This document shows, piece after piece, positions 1-7,908 of a DNA stretch of 64,000 nucleotides (position 1 is the first letter of the stretch; the number at the start of each line of letters is the position of its first letter). The stretch lies in the IMG/VR virus record IMGVR_UViG_3300025030_000006; one strand, written 5' to 3'. The notes under the pieces are model-generated. The model had not been told where the DNA came from. It searched no databases and saw nothing but the letters and a program-made list of their open reading frames with translations. The translations under genes and the position numbers were made by a program. Source of the stretch: a virus.

Positions 1-30
1 TTATGATTATAAAACTTGAAAGGAAATTTT

Positions 31-255
31 ATGGCTTGTAATATTTGTGGAAAAACAGGAACACATTTAGAAGATTTAAATAAAGAATACCAAACTGAAA
101 AAATAAAACAAATTTGCTCAAGTTGTACCGCCGATGTAAACAAACACCTTTGGGACATAAGAAGATTATCATCAAAAATGACTGAACATTGGCTTAAAAG
201 ATTTATGACCACCCTAAAAGAAAAGTTTACTGGAAAGGAAACAAGAAATGATTAG
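31..255 (+). CDS. hypothetical small protein, CxxC...CxxC zinc-ribbon-like
   Basis: Track ORF 16..255. ATG at 31 follows a GAAAGGAAA purine-rich RBS. Contains CNICG and CSSC pairs. Confidence 0.55.
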   Translation: MACNICGKTGTHLEDLNKEYQTEKIKQICSSCTADVNKHLWDIRRLSSKMTEHWLKRFMTTLKEKFTGKETRND

Positions 256-385
256 TGTCTATTGTTGTGAAGCAACAACCTGCAAATGGAATGAAAATAA
301 ACGATGTTGTCATTCTGCTGATGAAATTACCATAGATTCATTTGGTCATTGTGAAGAATATGAAATGAATTCAATGGAGAAATAA
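248..385 (+). CDS. small Cys-rich hypothetical protein (45 aa)
   Basis: Below the track cutoff; translated by eye (MISVYCCEATTCKW...). ATG overlaps the upstream gene's 3' end. TAAATG junction to the next ORF. Confidence 0.35.
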   Translation: MISVYCCEATTCKWNENKRCCHSADEITIDSFGHCEEYEMNSMEK

Positions 386-562
386 ATGGCTATTCGTGAA
401 TTTGAATGTCCTAAATGTGGTTTGGTTAAAGAATTATTGATTAATTCAAATCAAATTATTCCAAAAACAATTTTAAAAGGTTGTGATAATTGTCAGGAAG
501 ATTTAAATTATAAACTTAGTGTTCCCGGTTTTCACAGGAATAAAACCATTTATGGAGAATAA
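386..562 (+). CDS. small zinc-ribbon protein (FmdB-like CxxC...CxxC, 58 aa)
   Basis: Translated by eye: MAIREFECPKCG...GCDNCQ. Tight packing between neighbouring genes. Confidence 0.45.
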   Translation: MAIREFECPKCGLVKELLINSNQIIPKTILKGCDNCQEDLNYKLSVPGFHRNKTIYGE

Positions 563-567
563 ATAAA

Positions 568-894
568 ATGAACATTAATATTGGTGATAAATGTTTGATT
601 ACAACAGATAATTATTTTGTTGCTCCTGATGGAAAACAATATCGTTCCGTCTTTGGTACTGTTAAAGCTGTTCATGATGCCCAAACTGTTTTGGGAATTA
701 AGCCAAATGCAAAATCAACAAATTGGTATGTAGAAATTGGAAACATGATTCTTGCTGGCTGTCAAATTCATTATTTAGTTAAAACGGATAAAGTTTCTTA
801 TAATATGATTACTGATACCACTTGGGGGGGTGGTATTTATACCACTTTCACAAGAGAGACAGTAATTTACAATGCTGACGGAGAACAATTATGA
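568..894 (+). CDS. hypothetical protein
   Basis: Track ORF. GGAGAATAAATAAAATG RBS context. Confidence 0.6.
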   Translation: MNINIGDKCLITTDNYFVAPDGKQYRSVFGTVKAVHDAQTVLGIKPNAKSTNWYVEIGNMILAGCQIHYLVKTDKVSYNMITDTTWGGGIYTTFTRETVIYNADGEQL

Positions 895-1139
895 ATTGGG
901 AGCTAACATCAAAAAACAAGAGTGGGGAAATACAAGTTAATTTTTTCTGGGTATGTACTCTTATTGTTTTTATTGGTTTTCTTTTGGGCATTGGTTTTAC
1001 TGTAGCTTATTTTGTGATTCATTATATTCTTGGAAATGATGGTTTCTATATTTACTTTTTCTTTAAAAAATATTGGGTTGCTCTGTTTATTGGTTTTATT
1101 GTTTTTTGTGCTTATAAAATTAAAAAGGAGAATATTTAA
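891..1139 (+). CDS. small membrane protein
   Basis: Track ORF. ATGA start/stop overlap. Two long hydrophobic segments. Confidence 0.55.
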   Translation: MNWELTSKNKSGEIQVNFFWVCTLIVFIGFLLGIGFTVAYFVIHYILGNDGFYIYFFFKKYWVALFIGFIVFCAYKIKKENI

Positions 1140-1502
1140 ATGAGTATAGAATGTTATCATGGTCATTGTGAACACCATGACAAAGAGGAACCATATTGCA
1201 ACCTAGATGAATGTGTTAGTGGTAATGACACTATAAAAGAAAATAAAACCATTCCTTTGGATAAATTTGACAAATTAAAAAAATGTAAAAATTACAAAAT
1301 ATTTAATATAGGTAAATACCTATTTGCAATTGCATTTGCTTCAGAAAAAGGTGACAGAATTTGGGCTAAACAAAATGAAGAAGGAACAGAAAGAACAAAT
1401 TATTATTTATCAATAAGCAAAACTAAAATGATAAAAGTTAAAAGCACCACAACATTATATACCCTTATTTTTGGTCCATTTAATTTTACCATTGGAAAAT
1501 AA
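1140..1502 (+). CDS. hypothetical protein with Cys/His-rich N-terminus
   Basis: Track ORF. AAGGAGAATATTTAAATG RBS. Contains CYHGHCEHH...C..C. Confidence 0.55.
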   Translation: MSIECYHGHCEHHDKEEPYCNLDECVSGNDTIKENKTIPLDKFDKLKKCKNYKIFNIGKYLFAIAFASEKGDRIWAKQNEEGTERTNYYLSISKTKMIKVKSTTTLYTLIFGPFNFTIGK

Positions 1503-1515
1503 AGGAGAATGTTTA

Positions 1516-1686
1516 ATGTGGTATAATTTTAAATCATGGTTCAATAGTAATATTATGTTTTTTAGTTTTGGAAAATATTGGAAAGGCGTTTATATCCATT
1601 TTCTTCCTAAATATTGCTACAGATTTTTTTATACAAATTGTTTTAAGATTGATAAACATAAAAAACCAGGGGGGCACTTTAAATGA
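1516..1686 (+). CDS. hypothetical small protein
   Basis: Track ORF 1471..1686. Start moved to the ATG after the AAAGGAGA RBS. Confidence 0.4.
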   Translation: MWYNFKSWFNSNIMFFSFGKYWKGVYIHFLPKYCYRFFYTNCFKIDKHKKPGGHFK

Positions 1687-1946
1687 TAAAGCGTGGCAAC
1701 ATAAAATCGTGCAAGGTTTATATTAAAGAAAACGGCAAAATGGTCACAAAATATTCAGTACAAGTGAGACTTAGAAATAAACAAGATTGGATTCAGGCCA
1801 GAAAAGGGGAGGAACAACTTATCTTTATGACGCCTGAAGAAGCAAATAAAGTAGTTATTGATTATGTAGAAGAAATTAAAAAATCTATGAATGATAAAAT
1901 TAAAGAAGGAAAAGTAAAACTCAAAATGGAAAGGAAAATAAAATGA
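1683..1946 (+). CDS. hypothetical protein
   Basis: Track ORF. ATGA overlap with the upstream stop. Confidence 0.55.
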   Translation: MIKRGNIKSCKVYIKENGKMVTKYSVQVRLRNKQDWIQARKGEEQLIFMTPEEANKVVIDYVEEIKKSMNDKIKEGKVKLKMERKIK

Positions 1947-2197
1947 GTAAACGAGGAGAAAATTGGAAAAAGTTTTCTGATGAAGTTCTTCTTCATATTG
2001 AAAATTATACTGTTCCTCAATATGGAGATGAAGGAGAAGACCAAGTTTCTGAGTGGGAAATTAGTGATTTTCTAACCACTATTAAAAAGTACCTTGCACG
2101 TTATGGAAAAAATGTGCGTGAAGGGGAACAAAGAAGAGACTTTGTAAAAATTGCTCATTACGCTTCTATGGTTGCTGAAAAATATTCGGAGGAATAA
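1943..2197 (+). CDS. hypothetical protein
   Basis: Track ORF. ATGA overlap with the upstream stop. Confidence 0.55.
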   Translation: MSKRGENWKKFSDEVLLHIENYTVPQYGDEGEDQVSEWEISDFLTTIKKYLARYGKNVREGEQRRDFVKIAHYASMVAEKYSEE

Positions 2198-2198
2198 A

Positions 2199-2426
2199 AT
2201 GAGACAATGGTTTAATAATTATATTACTAAAATATATACGAGGTTTACCCTTTGGCTTATGAAAGGAACAAATGTAACAGTTTTATTTACAGAAGATAAA
2301 AGATATATTGTTTTGATGAATGAAGAAAAATATAAAGAATGGGAAGATTTTGAAAATAATTTCTTTGTTGTATATGAGAACGAACAACAATTAAAGATGG
2401 ATTTTCCAAATGCGGAAAAAATATAA
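2199..2426 (+). CDS. hypothetical protein
   Basis: Track ORF 2151..2426. Start moved to the ATG after the GGAGGAATAAA RBS. Confidence 0.5.
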   Translation: MRQWFNNYITKIYTRFTLWLMKGTNVTVLFTEDKRYIVLMNEEKYKEWEDFENNFFVVYENEQQLKMDFPNAEKI

Positions 2427-2538
2427 ATGCCCTTATTGTAAAAAGATTCTTGAAAGAGAATCAAAAAAACAATGGATAAAATCTTATTGCGTGCTAAAAG
2501 ATGGATATATCAGATTACAAATTATAAGAGAGGAATAA

Positions 2539-2985
2539 ATGAAATTATGGTTTTCTTCAACGAAGTACGGAATGACACTACCACAAAAACTTAAAGTACA
2601 AGAATTCTTGGTCAAAAATAAAGAAATTATAAAAACAATCAGGCATGAAGATTTCATTGGCGGTGAAGAAGAATTTCATAGAATGTGTTTAAATTTTGAT
2701 TTATTTAATAAAATAATTATTCATCCACCAAAAGATAGAACCAATAGGGCTTTATGCAAAGCATCGGTTATTCTTGACCCTATGATGGATTCCACCAGTA
2801 GAAGAAGTAATATGGCTATTAAATCTGATTTTCTTTTAGCCACACCTCACAGTTATTCAGAAAATATCAGGAAGGGTTGCTGGCAATCAATCAGAATAGC
2901 AAAGCAAAAAGAAATGGATTTATTAATTGTTTTTCCTGACGGGAGTCTTTGTAATGAGTATGAAATTAGCAGAAATAAAAATTGA
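2539..2985 (+). CDS. hypothetical protein, tentatively SLOG-fold (DprA/DUF2493-like)
   Basis: Track ORF; AGAGGAATAA RBS. The pattern GGEEEF..IIHPP...RSN..IKSDFLLA...G.W..I..A resembles SLOG/DprA-type Rossmann proteins. This is from memory only. Confidence 0.4.
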   Translation: MKLWFSSTKYGMTLPQKLKVQEFLVKNKEIIKTIRHEDFIGGEEEFHRMCLNFDLFNKIIIHPPKDRTNRALCKASVILDPMMDSTSRRSNMAIKSDFLLATPHSYSENIRKGCWQSIRIAKQKEMDLLIVFPDGSLCNEYEISRNKN

Positions 2986-3148
2986 TAAAGACAAAGCAGA
3001 AGACTATGTTTTTATCAGAGAACAATTAATACAAAACAATTTTAAATTAAATAAGGATTACCCACAATACATAATGCCTGTTTCTGAAACATCAATAATA
3101 AAATACGTGGAAAAAGATTTTATACTCTATGTTCAGGAGAAAACATAA
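2954..3148 (+). CDS. hypothetical small protein
   Basis: Track ORF 2927..3148, trimmed to its first ATG. Confidence 0.45.
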   Translation: MSMKLAEIKIDKDKAEDYVFIREQLIQNNFKLNKDYPQYIMPVSETSIIKYVEKDFILYVQEKT

Positions 3149-3149
3149 T

Positions 3150-3335
3150 ATGTATACAGGAGAGGATATTATAAATGGAATAAAACACATGCAAAATAAT
3201 GGAAAATATTATATAACAGCGGATGCAGAAGAATTTGCAAAAAGAGTGATTAATCATATAAATATGTATAGACATGATAAATACATTGAAGAAGTATTTG
3301 ATAAATCAAAACAAGATATGGAAGAAAAACTATAA
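3150..3335 (+). CDS. hypothetical small protein
   Basis: Track ORF 3129..3335. Start moved to the ATG after the CAGGAGAAAA RBS. Confidence 0.5.
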   Translation: MYTGEDIINGIKHMQNNGKYYITADAEEFAKRVINHINMYRHDKYIEEVFDKSKQDMEEKL

Positions 3336-3336
3336 A

Positions 3337-3373
3337 ATATAGCCCCTTTCCAAATCATAGGAAAGGGGCTATA
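3337..3373. terminator. bidirectional intrinsic-terminator-like hairpin between convergent blocks
   Basis: ATATAGCCCCTTTCC / GGAAAGGGGCTATAT perfect arms with an 8-nt loop. A/T runs on both sides. Lies between the + block and the - block. Confidence 0.7.
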
Positions 3374-3437
3374 TTTGTGTCTATAATCACTATAAAATAA
3401 TGAATATTCCAGTAAAACATACCAATAATTCTGAATA

Positions 3438-3572
3438 TTAGAACTTAAAAAGCGTATAATTTATTATAATTCCATCCTCTAATCTTTCATCAAAATCCCT
3501 TCTAGCACGTTCTTTTTCCAAAACACAACCATACAAAATAAAAGTCATAAGGAATAAAAGAATTAGTTTCAT
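3438..3572 (-). CDS. small lipoprotein (44 aa, lipobox L-Y-G-C), possibly o-spanin-like
   Basis: Translated by eye: MKLILLFLMTFILYGCVLEK... ATGA overlap with the upstream gene. Confidence 0.4.
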   Translation of the reverse strand: MKLILLFLMTFILYGCVLEKERARRDFDERLEDGIIINYTLFKF

Positions 3573-3847
3573 ACAATAACCCTTTCTTTATCATATTTCT
3601 CTACAATCCTGAATGGGGTATCAAAAGCCTTGTTTTCCTCTTCCATTGAATTGAAATAGTAATCATGAATAGCCAAGAGAGCAATCAAGGCAATACGGAT
3701 AATTTTAATAGTGCTGGTCACTTCTCCGGTATGGTAATTCAGATAGGCTTTCAAACCAAATATGCTTATTTTATGAGTAACCACAATAGCAGTCTTGGCT
3801 ACCTTTAAAACTTTCCTTTTAATTTCTTTTCTTCCTTGTTTATTCAT
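3569..3847 (-). CDS. membrane protein
   Basis: Track ORF. Hydrophobic segment IIRIALIALLAI. Confidence 0.5.
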   Translation of the reverse strand: MNKQGRKEIKRKVLKVAKTAIVVTHKISIFGLKAYLNYHTGEVTSTIKIIRIALIALLAIHDYYFNSMEEENKAFDTPFRIVEKYDKERVIV

Positions 3848-4520
3848 TATTTAATTCCTTTTCATCAATGTATGTTCTATCATCTTTTCTTATTTGCCAC
3901 CATGCAGCTGCACCATATTTTCTAAACCAGTCTCTTCCCTTTACCCAAAATTTACCTTTAGCAGAACAAACAACGTGGATAAACTCTTCTTGTGAAGCAC
4001 AAATGAAATTATTATTTTCATCATATTGGTTTACCCATACTTTTTTAATTCCATCCACGATAACAATATGGTCTGTTCCTTTAAACATAAGTTTCTCATC
4101 ATAAGGACCAGTACCACTCATTGATATACTTGTTAAAATAACCCAACCACTTCTCAATAAACCTTCTATTCTATCAGTATATTCCCTTGCAGGTTCAAAA
4201 TGATAAAAATTAGGATTGAATCTGCTTGTATAAAAATTAGGAAGAACACAATCAGTATAAATATCAACGGTTCTATCATTTTGGTGATTGCACAAAGCAT
4301 AAAAAGCAAAATGGTAAAAATCCCATGAATTACATAAATGTCCTTGCTTATCTTTAAATGCCTCAAAGACCTCATCAAAGGTTACTTTGTTTTCTGGAAA
4401 TAAATAATTGATTGCAGCAGTAGTGGCACAAGCAAAACAATCCCCACCGGGATTTTTCTTTGGGTAGGGTTGTAAATGTGGTTCAATGTTTAGACAGAAT
4501 TCCATTTTATTGTTCCTCAC
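3840..4520 (-). CDS. papain-like/C39-like cysteine peptidase-like protein (tentative)
   Basis: Track ORF. The N-terminal GGDCFACATTAAINY resembles a catalytic-Cys helix. Overlaps both flanking genes. Confidence 0.45.
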   Translation of the reverse strand: MRNNKMEFCLNIEPHLQPYPKKNPGGDCFACATTAAINYLFPENKVTFDEVFEAFKDKQGHLCNSWDFYHFAFYALCNHQNDRTVDIYTDCVLPNFYTSRFNPNFYHFEPAREYTDRIEGLLRSGWVILTSISMSGTGPYDEKLMFKGTDHIVIVDGIKKVWVNQYDENNNFICASQEEFIHVVCSAKGKFWVKGRDWFRKYGAAAWWQIRKDDRTYIDEKELNNE

Positions 4521-5097
4521 ATATTTGGTTTTTAGAAAAAATAGTTCTTACATAAGTATCTTCAAACCATTCACGTTCTTTTTTATCAAAACATAATCCC
4601 CATTTTTCTTTTATCATTATCCAAAGAATTCTGTATTCTACTCTATTAATCAATGGCATCCAATCAGACGGGTTTTTAGCTCCCTTTTCCCGATTACTCT
4701 TGGCTGTGACTGCAATTAAATGATTTGGGTCAGCAAGATAATTTGCATACTCAATACGTCTTTCCTGACTCCATTTATCAGCGCCAGAAATCCATGCTTC
4801 TTTTAAAGGAATAAAATGGTCTATATCCAATTCAGAAGGATTTGTAATAATACTTCCGGTATATCTGCAAATCCAGATTCCCCATTCTACTTTTCCATTT
4901 TTATCAAATCGAACAGGAATAATACTTTCCTCAATTAGAACTTCCTGCCTTGTGTCCCTCCCGTTGTTATCGGTGTCAATCCAGCCATTACCAAAATGCT
5001 TTTCCCTATTATATTTCTCCGCAAAACAAATTCCAAAACTTAATAAAGTAATAACTAAACAGGAAATTAATATTCTCATTATTCTTCTCCTTAACAA
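4507..5097 (-). CDS. secreted DUF1524/His-Me-finger type nuclease
   Basis: Track ORF. N-terminal signal-like segment ILISCLVITLLSFGICFA. DIDHFIPLKEAW...NHLIAVTAKSNREKGAKNPSDW matches my recollection of the DUF1524 (GmrSD C-terminal) motif. Confidence 0.7.
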   Translation of the reverse strand: MLRRRIMRILISCLVITLLSFGICFAEKYNREKHFGNGWIDTDNNGRDTRQEVLIEESIIPVRFDKNGKVEWGIWICRYTGSIITNPSELDIDHFIPLKEAWISGADKWSQERRIEYANYLADPNHLIAVTAKSNREKGAKNPSDWMPLINRVEYRILWIMIKEKWGLCFDKKEREWFEDTYVRTIFSKNQICEEQ

Positions 5098-5267
5098 TCC
5101 GTATTTTTCTCTTCCGGTAATTCATAATACATGGCAATCGAAGCACACTCTTCATCTGTATATTCTCCTTCCAAATCATCGGAGAAACAACATGGAATAA
5201 AAGGAGTTTGTAATTTAGGTTCCTGAAAAGGTTCAGAATACCAATAACGAGATTCACTAACACACAT
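5091..5267 (-). CDS. small highly acidic protein (58 aa), possible nuclease partner or inhibitor
   Basis: Translated by eye: MCVSESRYWYSEPFQEPKLQ...EEKNTDC. GGAG lies 9 nt upstream of the ATG. Overlaps the nuclease start codon. The track ORF 5009..5281 is in a different frame. Confidence 0.45.
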   Translation of the reverse strand: MCVSESRYWYSEPFQEPKLQTPFIPCCFSDDLEGEYTDEECASIAMYYELPEEKNTDC

Positions 5268-5290
5268 TTAATTTTCTCCAAAATAATAAA

Positions 5291-5575
5291 TCAATTATTT
5301 TCTGCATAAAAGTCATCCCATTTTTGTTTGTATTTTTGCCACGGACCCGTAGCACGTTCATTGTTTCAAGAACTGCAAGCAATTTGTAAATTCAAAAAAT
5401 GCCAGTTTCCCCCCAAGGATAATGGATGAAGATGTTCAATCGTTGCCAAATGAAAGGGTAATTTTTCTCGGCAATAGAAACATGGTGCTTTTTTTCTCGA
5501 ACCATATTTTTTAAAAAGTTTCTTTTTGATTTCCTTTTTCTGACTGCTATTTCTTGCACTGGAAAACTGACTCAT
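5291..5575 (-). CDS. HNH endonuclease with in-frame TGA (5366..5368) at the expected Cys of the C-x-x-C-N motif; either a pseudogene or a UGA-readthrough/selenocysteine candidate
   Basis: Track ORF 5366..5575 reads CFYC...TIEHLHPLSLGG...NLQIACSS*. The frame stays open for 24 more codons (NNERATGPWQKY...) to the stop at 5291..5293. Confidence 0.55.
5338..5353 (-). promoter_or_regulatory. SECIS-like hairpin GCUACG-GGUC-CGUGGC, +16..+31 from the U of UGA
   Basis: 6-bp stem with one G.U pair and a GGUC tetraloop at +22..+25. GC-rich in an AT-rich context. Confidence 0.4.
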
Positions 5576-5608
5576 AAGGATATGTCCTCCTTATAATAAA
5601 ATTAATTT

Positions 5609-5869
5609 CTAGATATAATGTTCTTCTTCGATTAATAATCCGTTTTCGTTAAAATAAAACCTTTCCATTTTATAATCAGGATTACAAGAACAGGACGGGC
5701 AGTTTTCAATTAACAAAGCAGCATCATCCGGGTCTATACCATAAATCCTTACCATATTACTTTTATGCACGTTGCATTTATTACAAAATAAATGTATCCG
5801 ACCTTCCTGTAATTCTTCAAATAATTCCATTCCCATTCTGAAACAACCATCCCATACAAAATCATTCAT
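5609..5869 (-). CDS. hypothetical Cys-rich protein
   Basis: Track ORF. Contains CNKCNV and CPSCSC pairs. AAGGAGGTAATCAAAAATG RBS. Confidence 0.55.
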   Translation of the reverse strand: MNDFVWDGCFRMGMELFEELQEGRIHLFCNKCNVHKSNMVRIYGIDPDDAALLIENCPSCSCNPDYKMERFYFNENGLLIEEEHYI

Positions 5870-6023
5870 TTTTGATTACCTCCTTTTCCTTACAATAATT
5901 ACAGATACCAGATTCAATCCCCATACAAATAAATAATTTATTACATTTTAAAATAACAGAACAATACATACATTTTATTTCCTTATCCATAACAATAAAC
6001 GAGTGATTGCATACTAAATTCAA
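5862..6023 (-). CDS. small Cys-rich protein (53 aa, TTG start)
   Basis: Translated by eye. AAAAGGAGG lies 8 nt upstream of a TTG start. Contains CMYC...CNYC. Overlaps the next start codon. Confidence 0.35.
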   Translation of the reverse strand: MNLVCNHSFIVMDKEIKCMYCSVILKCNKLFICMGIESGICNYCKEKEVIKNE

Positions 6024-6058
6024 TTAATCACCTCCTTTTATTAATTTTACTTTAATCC

Positions 6059-6087
6059 ATTATCTCTCTCTTTATTTTTCAGGTCAA
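6059..6087 (-). promoter_or_regulatory. sigma70-like promoter for the leftward operon
   Basis: On the minus strand: TTGACC, 17 nt, GATAAT. Lies about 35 nt upstream of the RBS of the 6023 gene. Confidence 0.45.
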
Positions 6088-6636
6088 ATATAAAATAATA
6101 TTTGAATTAAAATAATAACCAAATTTTTTATAAAATTTTAAATAGAGATTTATTTTTATAGAATATGGAAAACAAAAGAAAGTATATGACAAAAACCAGA
6201 AGACTACAGAGGATAGACTAGGGAAGGAATCTTTGATTATAAAAAATTTTGAATAAACTAAAAAATAAAAATACTAAAAAATCTACGGGCTGCCTATATC
6301 TATATAAACATACCTTGAATAAAGCAGTTTATTATTTTTATCAGAATTTTGTTACGCTACCTCTTAGCCTCGGGATTTTAAAAAATTCTATACGGTGGGA
6401 TTATTGGTATGAATTATTTATTTCATTTAATTCAATTGTTTTTGGCATGATATTTAATTCAATTAAATAATAATATCAGAAAATGAATTATATTCTATTT
6501 GTTCCAAATTTGCCCTACAATCCATTTAATGTTGAAACCATTATCAGGATATTAGTTTTTAGATAAGGAATGGCAGAGGACCGAATAGAGCCATTAAACC
6601 CTGAATCAATCCCCTGCCATTATCACCGATAAACAA

Positions 6637-6819
6637 TTAACCATTGATTACCTTTCCAAGCCATCCAAGGGAAAACACAGAGGGGAAGGATACAATACGT
6701 TTCCCTGTTACCTTACCGACAATGGATTGTTTATAATCATTCTGATTTAATCGGCTATTGATATTCCGTTTATCCTTTGCTTCTTTCCTCATATAGTTCT
6801 GACATCCTGTATTTTTCAT
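6637..6819 (-). CDS. hypothetical small protein
   Basis: Track ORF. AAAGAAAGGAGTTATTAGATATG RBS. Confidence 0.5.
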   Translation of the reverse strand: MKNTGCQNYMRKEAKDKRNINSRLNQNDYKQSIVGKVTGKRIVSFPSVFSLGWLGKVING

Positions 6820-6848
6820 ATCTAATAACTCCTTTCTTTATTGTTTGT

Positions 6849-7004
6849 TTAATGTTTTGTTCTGTCCAGCAACACAGGTTGCCAGTTAGATAAAAAGATA
6901 TGTAGTGCTAATGCCTCTTGCTCCTTTTCCTTTGCTGTCTCAATTTTCCATGTCCAGTAATCTCTTGAGCTGGTGAACGTTTTTCCATCGATAGTAACTG
7001 GCAT
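6849..7004 (-). CDS. hypothetical small protein (51 aa)
   Basis: Translated by eye: MPVTIDGKTFTSSRDYW... GAAAGGAGTTATTACCATG RBS. Confidence 0.4.
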   Translation of the reverse strand: MPVTIDGKTFTSSRDYWTWKIETAKEKEQEALALHIFLSNWQPVLLDRTKH

Positions 7005-7147
7005 GGTAATAACTCCTTTCTTTTATTATTTATTGGTCTAATTACCAATAAATTCATTTTTAAATACTTAAACATATTCTTTATACAGGGCTTCCAAATT
7101 TGCCTTGTATTAAACGATAAGCCTTAGACCTATGGTAAACCCTACCT

Positions 7148-7183
7148 TAGAATCCCTTTGTTTTAAATGGTAAAGGGATTCTA
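7148..7183. terminator. hairpin TAGAATCCCTTT / AAAGGGATTCTA (12 bp)
   Basis: Perfect 12-bp stem with a 12-nt loop, located just downstream of the minus-strand gene 7191..7337. Confidence 0.4.
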
Positions 7184-7190
7184 TAAACAT

Positions 7191-7337
7191 TTAATTGATG
7201 TTTATTTCGATTTTGGTCAACAGTAAATGGCGCATACCACGGATAAATCCACGGTATTTAAAATGACACAACCAATCCTGCAAGGTGTAATTATACAGAC
7301 CACACCCGCAAAGAAATTTTATTTTTATTTTTTTCAT
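7191..7337 (-). CDS. hypothetical small protein (48 aa)
   Basis: Translated by eye: MKKIKIKFLCGCGLYNY... GGAGTTTATTTATATG RBS. Confidence 0.35.
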   Translation of the reverse strand: MKKIKIKFLCGCGLYNYTLQDWLCHFKYRGFIRGMRHLLLTKIEININ

Positions 7338-7536
7338 ATAAATAAACTCCTTTTTGGTTATTGGTTTAAAACGAAAGAATAAAACCTATGCACAGAATAA
7401 ACAGGATGCACAGAAACAAAGAATAAAAGAATTGAATCATTTTATAAACTCCTTTTTCTTGAATTATTGAATTTAGTATAAAGAGAAAGTGTAAGGGGGA
7501 AGACAGTAAACAGTATCTTACATTATGTTTTATTTT

Positions 7537-7866
7537 TTAAACTCCTTTCCGTTGTTTGATTTTTTCTTTCATGATTTCCAATTTGCTTTTGGGTTTATCC
7601 CGTATCTCATCCTCTGGACTCAATTCTATAATATCTTCCATTTGTTTCTTTTCTTTTACAGGTTTAATAACCTGAATTCCCTCAATACAATATTCTTGTA
7701 TTTCATTGTGATTGATTAAACCTTTATCTGCCAATAACTGCAAAAGTCCAAAAAGCCTATATTCATTTTTTTCAAACCTATTCAATTCCTGTTTTGTTTC
7801 CGGTGTTAATTGTTTCTTTTCCTTTTGCTCCTGTAATTGTTTTCGTTTCAATTCAAGTTTGTTCAT
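7537..7866 (-). CDS. hypothetical coiled-coil-like protein
   Basis: Track ORF. Charged, heptad-like composition. Confidence 0.55.
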   Translation of the reverse strand: MNKLELKRKQLQEQKEKKQLTPETKQELNRFEKNEYRLFGLLQLLADKGLINHNEIQEYCIEGIQVIKPVKEKKQMEDIIELSPEDEIRDKPKSKLEIMKEKIKQRKGV

Positions 7867-7908
7867 TTTGTTATTTCTCCTTTCTGTGGTGTTGCGTTAA
7901 TGAATTTA

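Noticed and set aside
5009-5281. Track ORF (TTG start, 90 aa) upstream of the nuclease
   Set aside because: A different frame contains an ATG-initiated 58-aa acidic ORF (5091..5267) with correctly spaced GGAG and a coupled stop/start with the nuclease. The TTG ORF product is low-complexity and overlaps the nuclease by 89 nt.
6249-6470. + strand ORF of 73 aa in the non-coding stretch, and likewise 9404..9616
   Set aside because: Neither has a Shine-Dalgarno sequence. Their composition is low-complexity and hydrophobic, driven by T-rich DNA. They are isolated on the opposite strand from all neighbours. Kept only as part of the 'unexplained region' finding.
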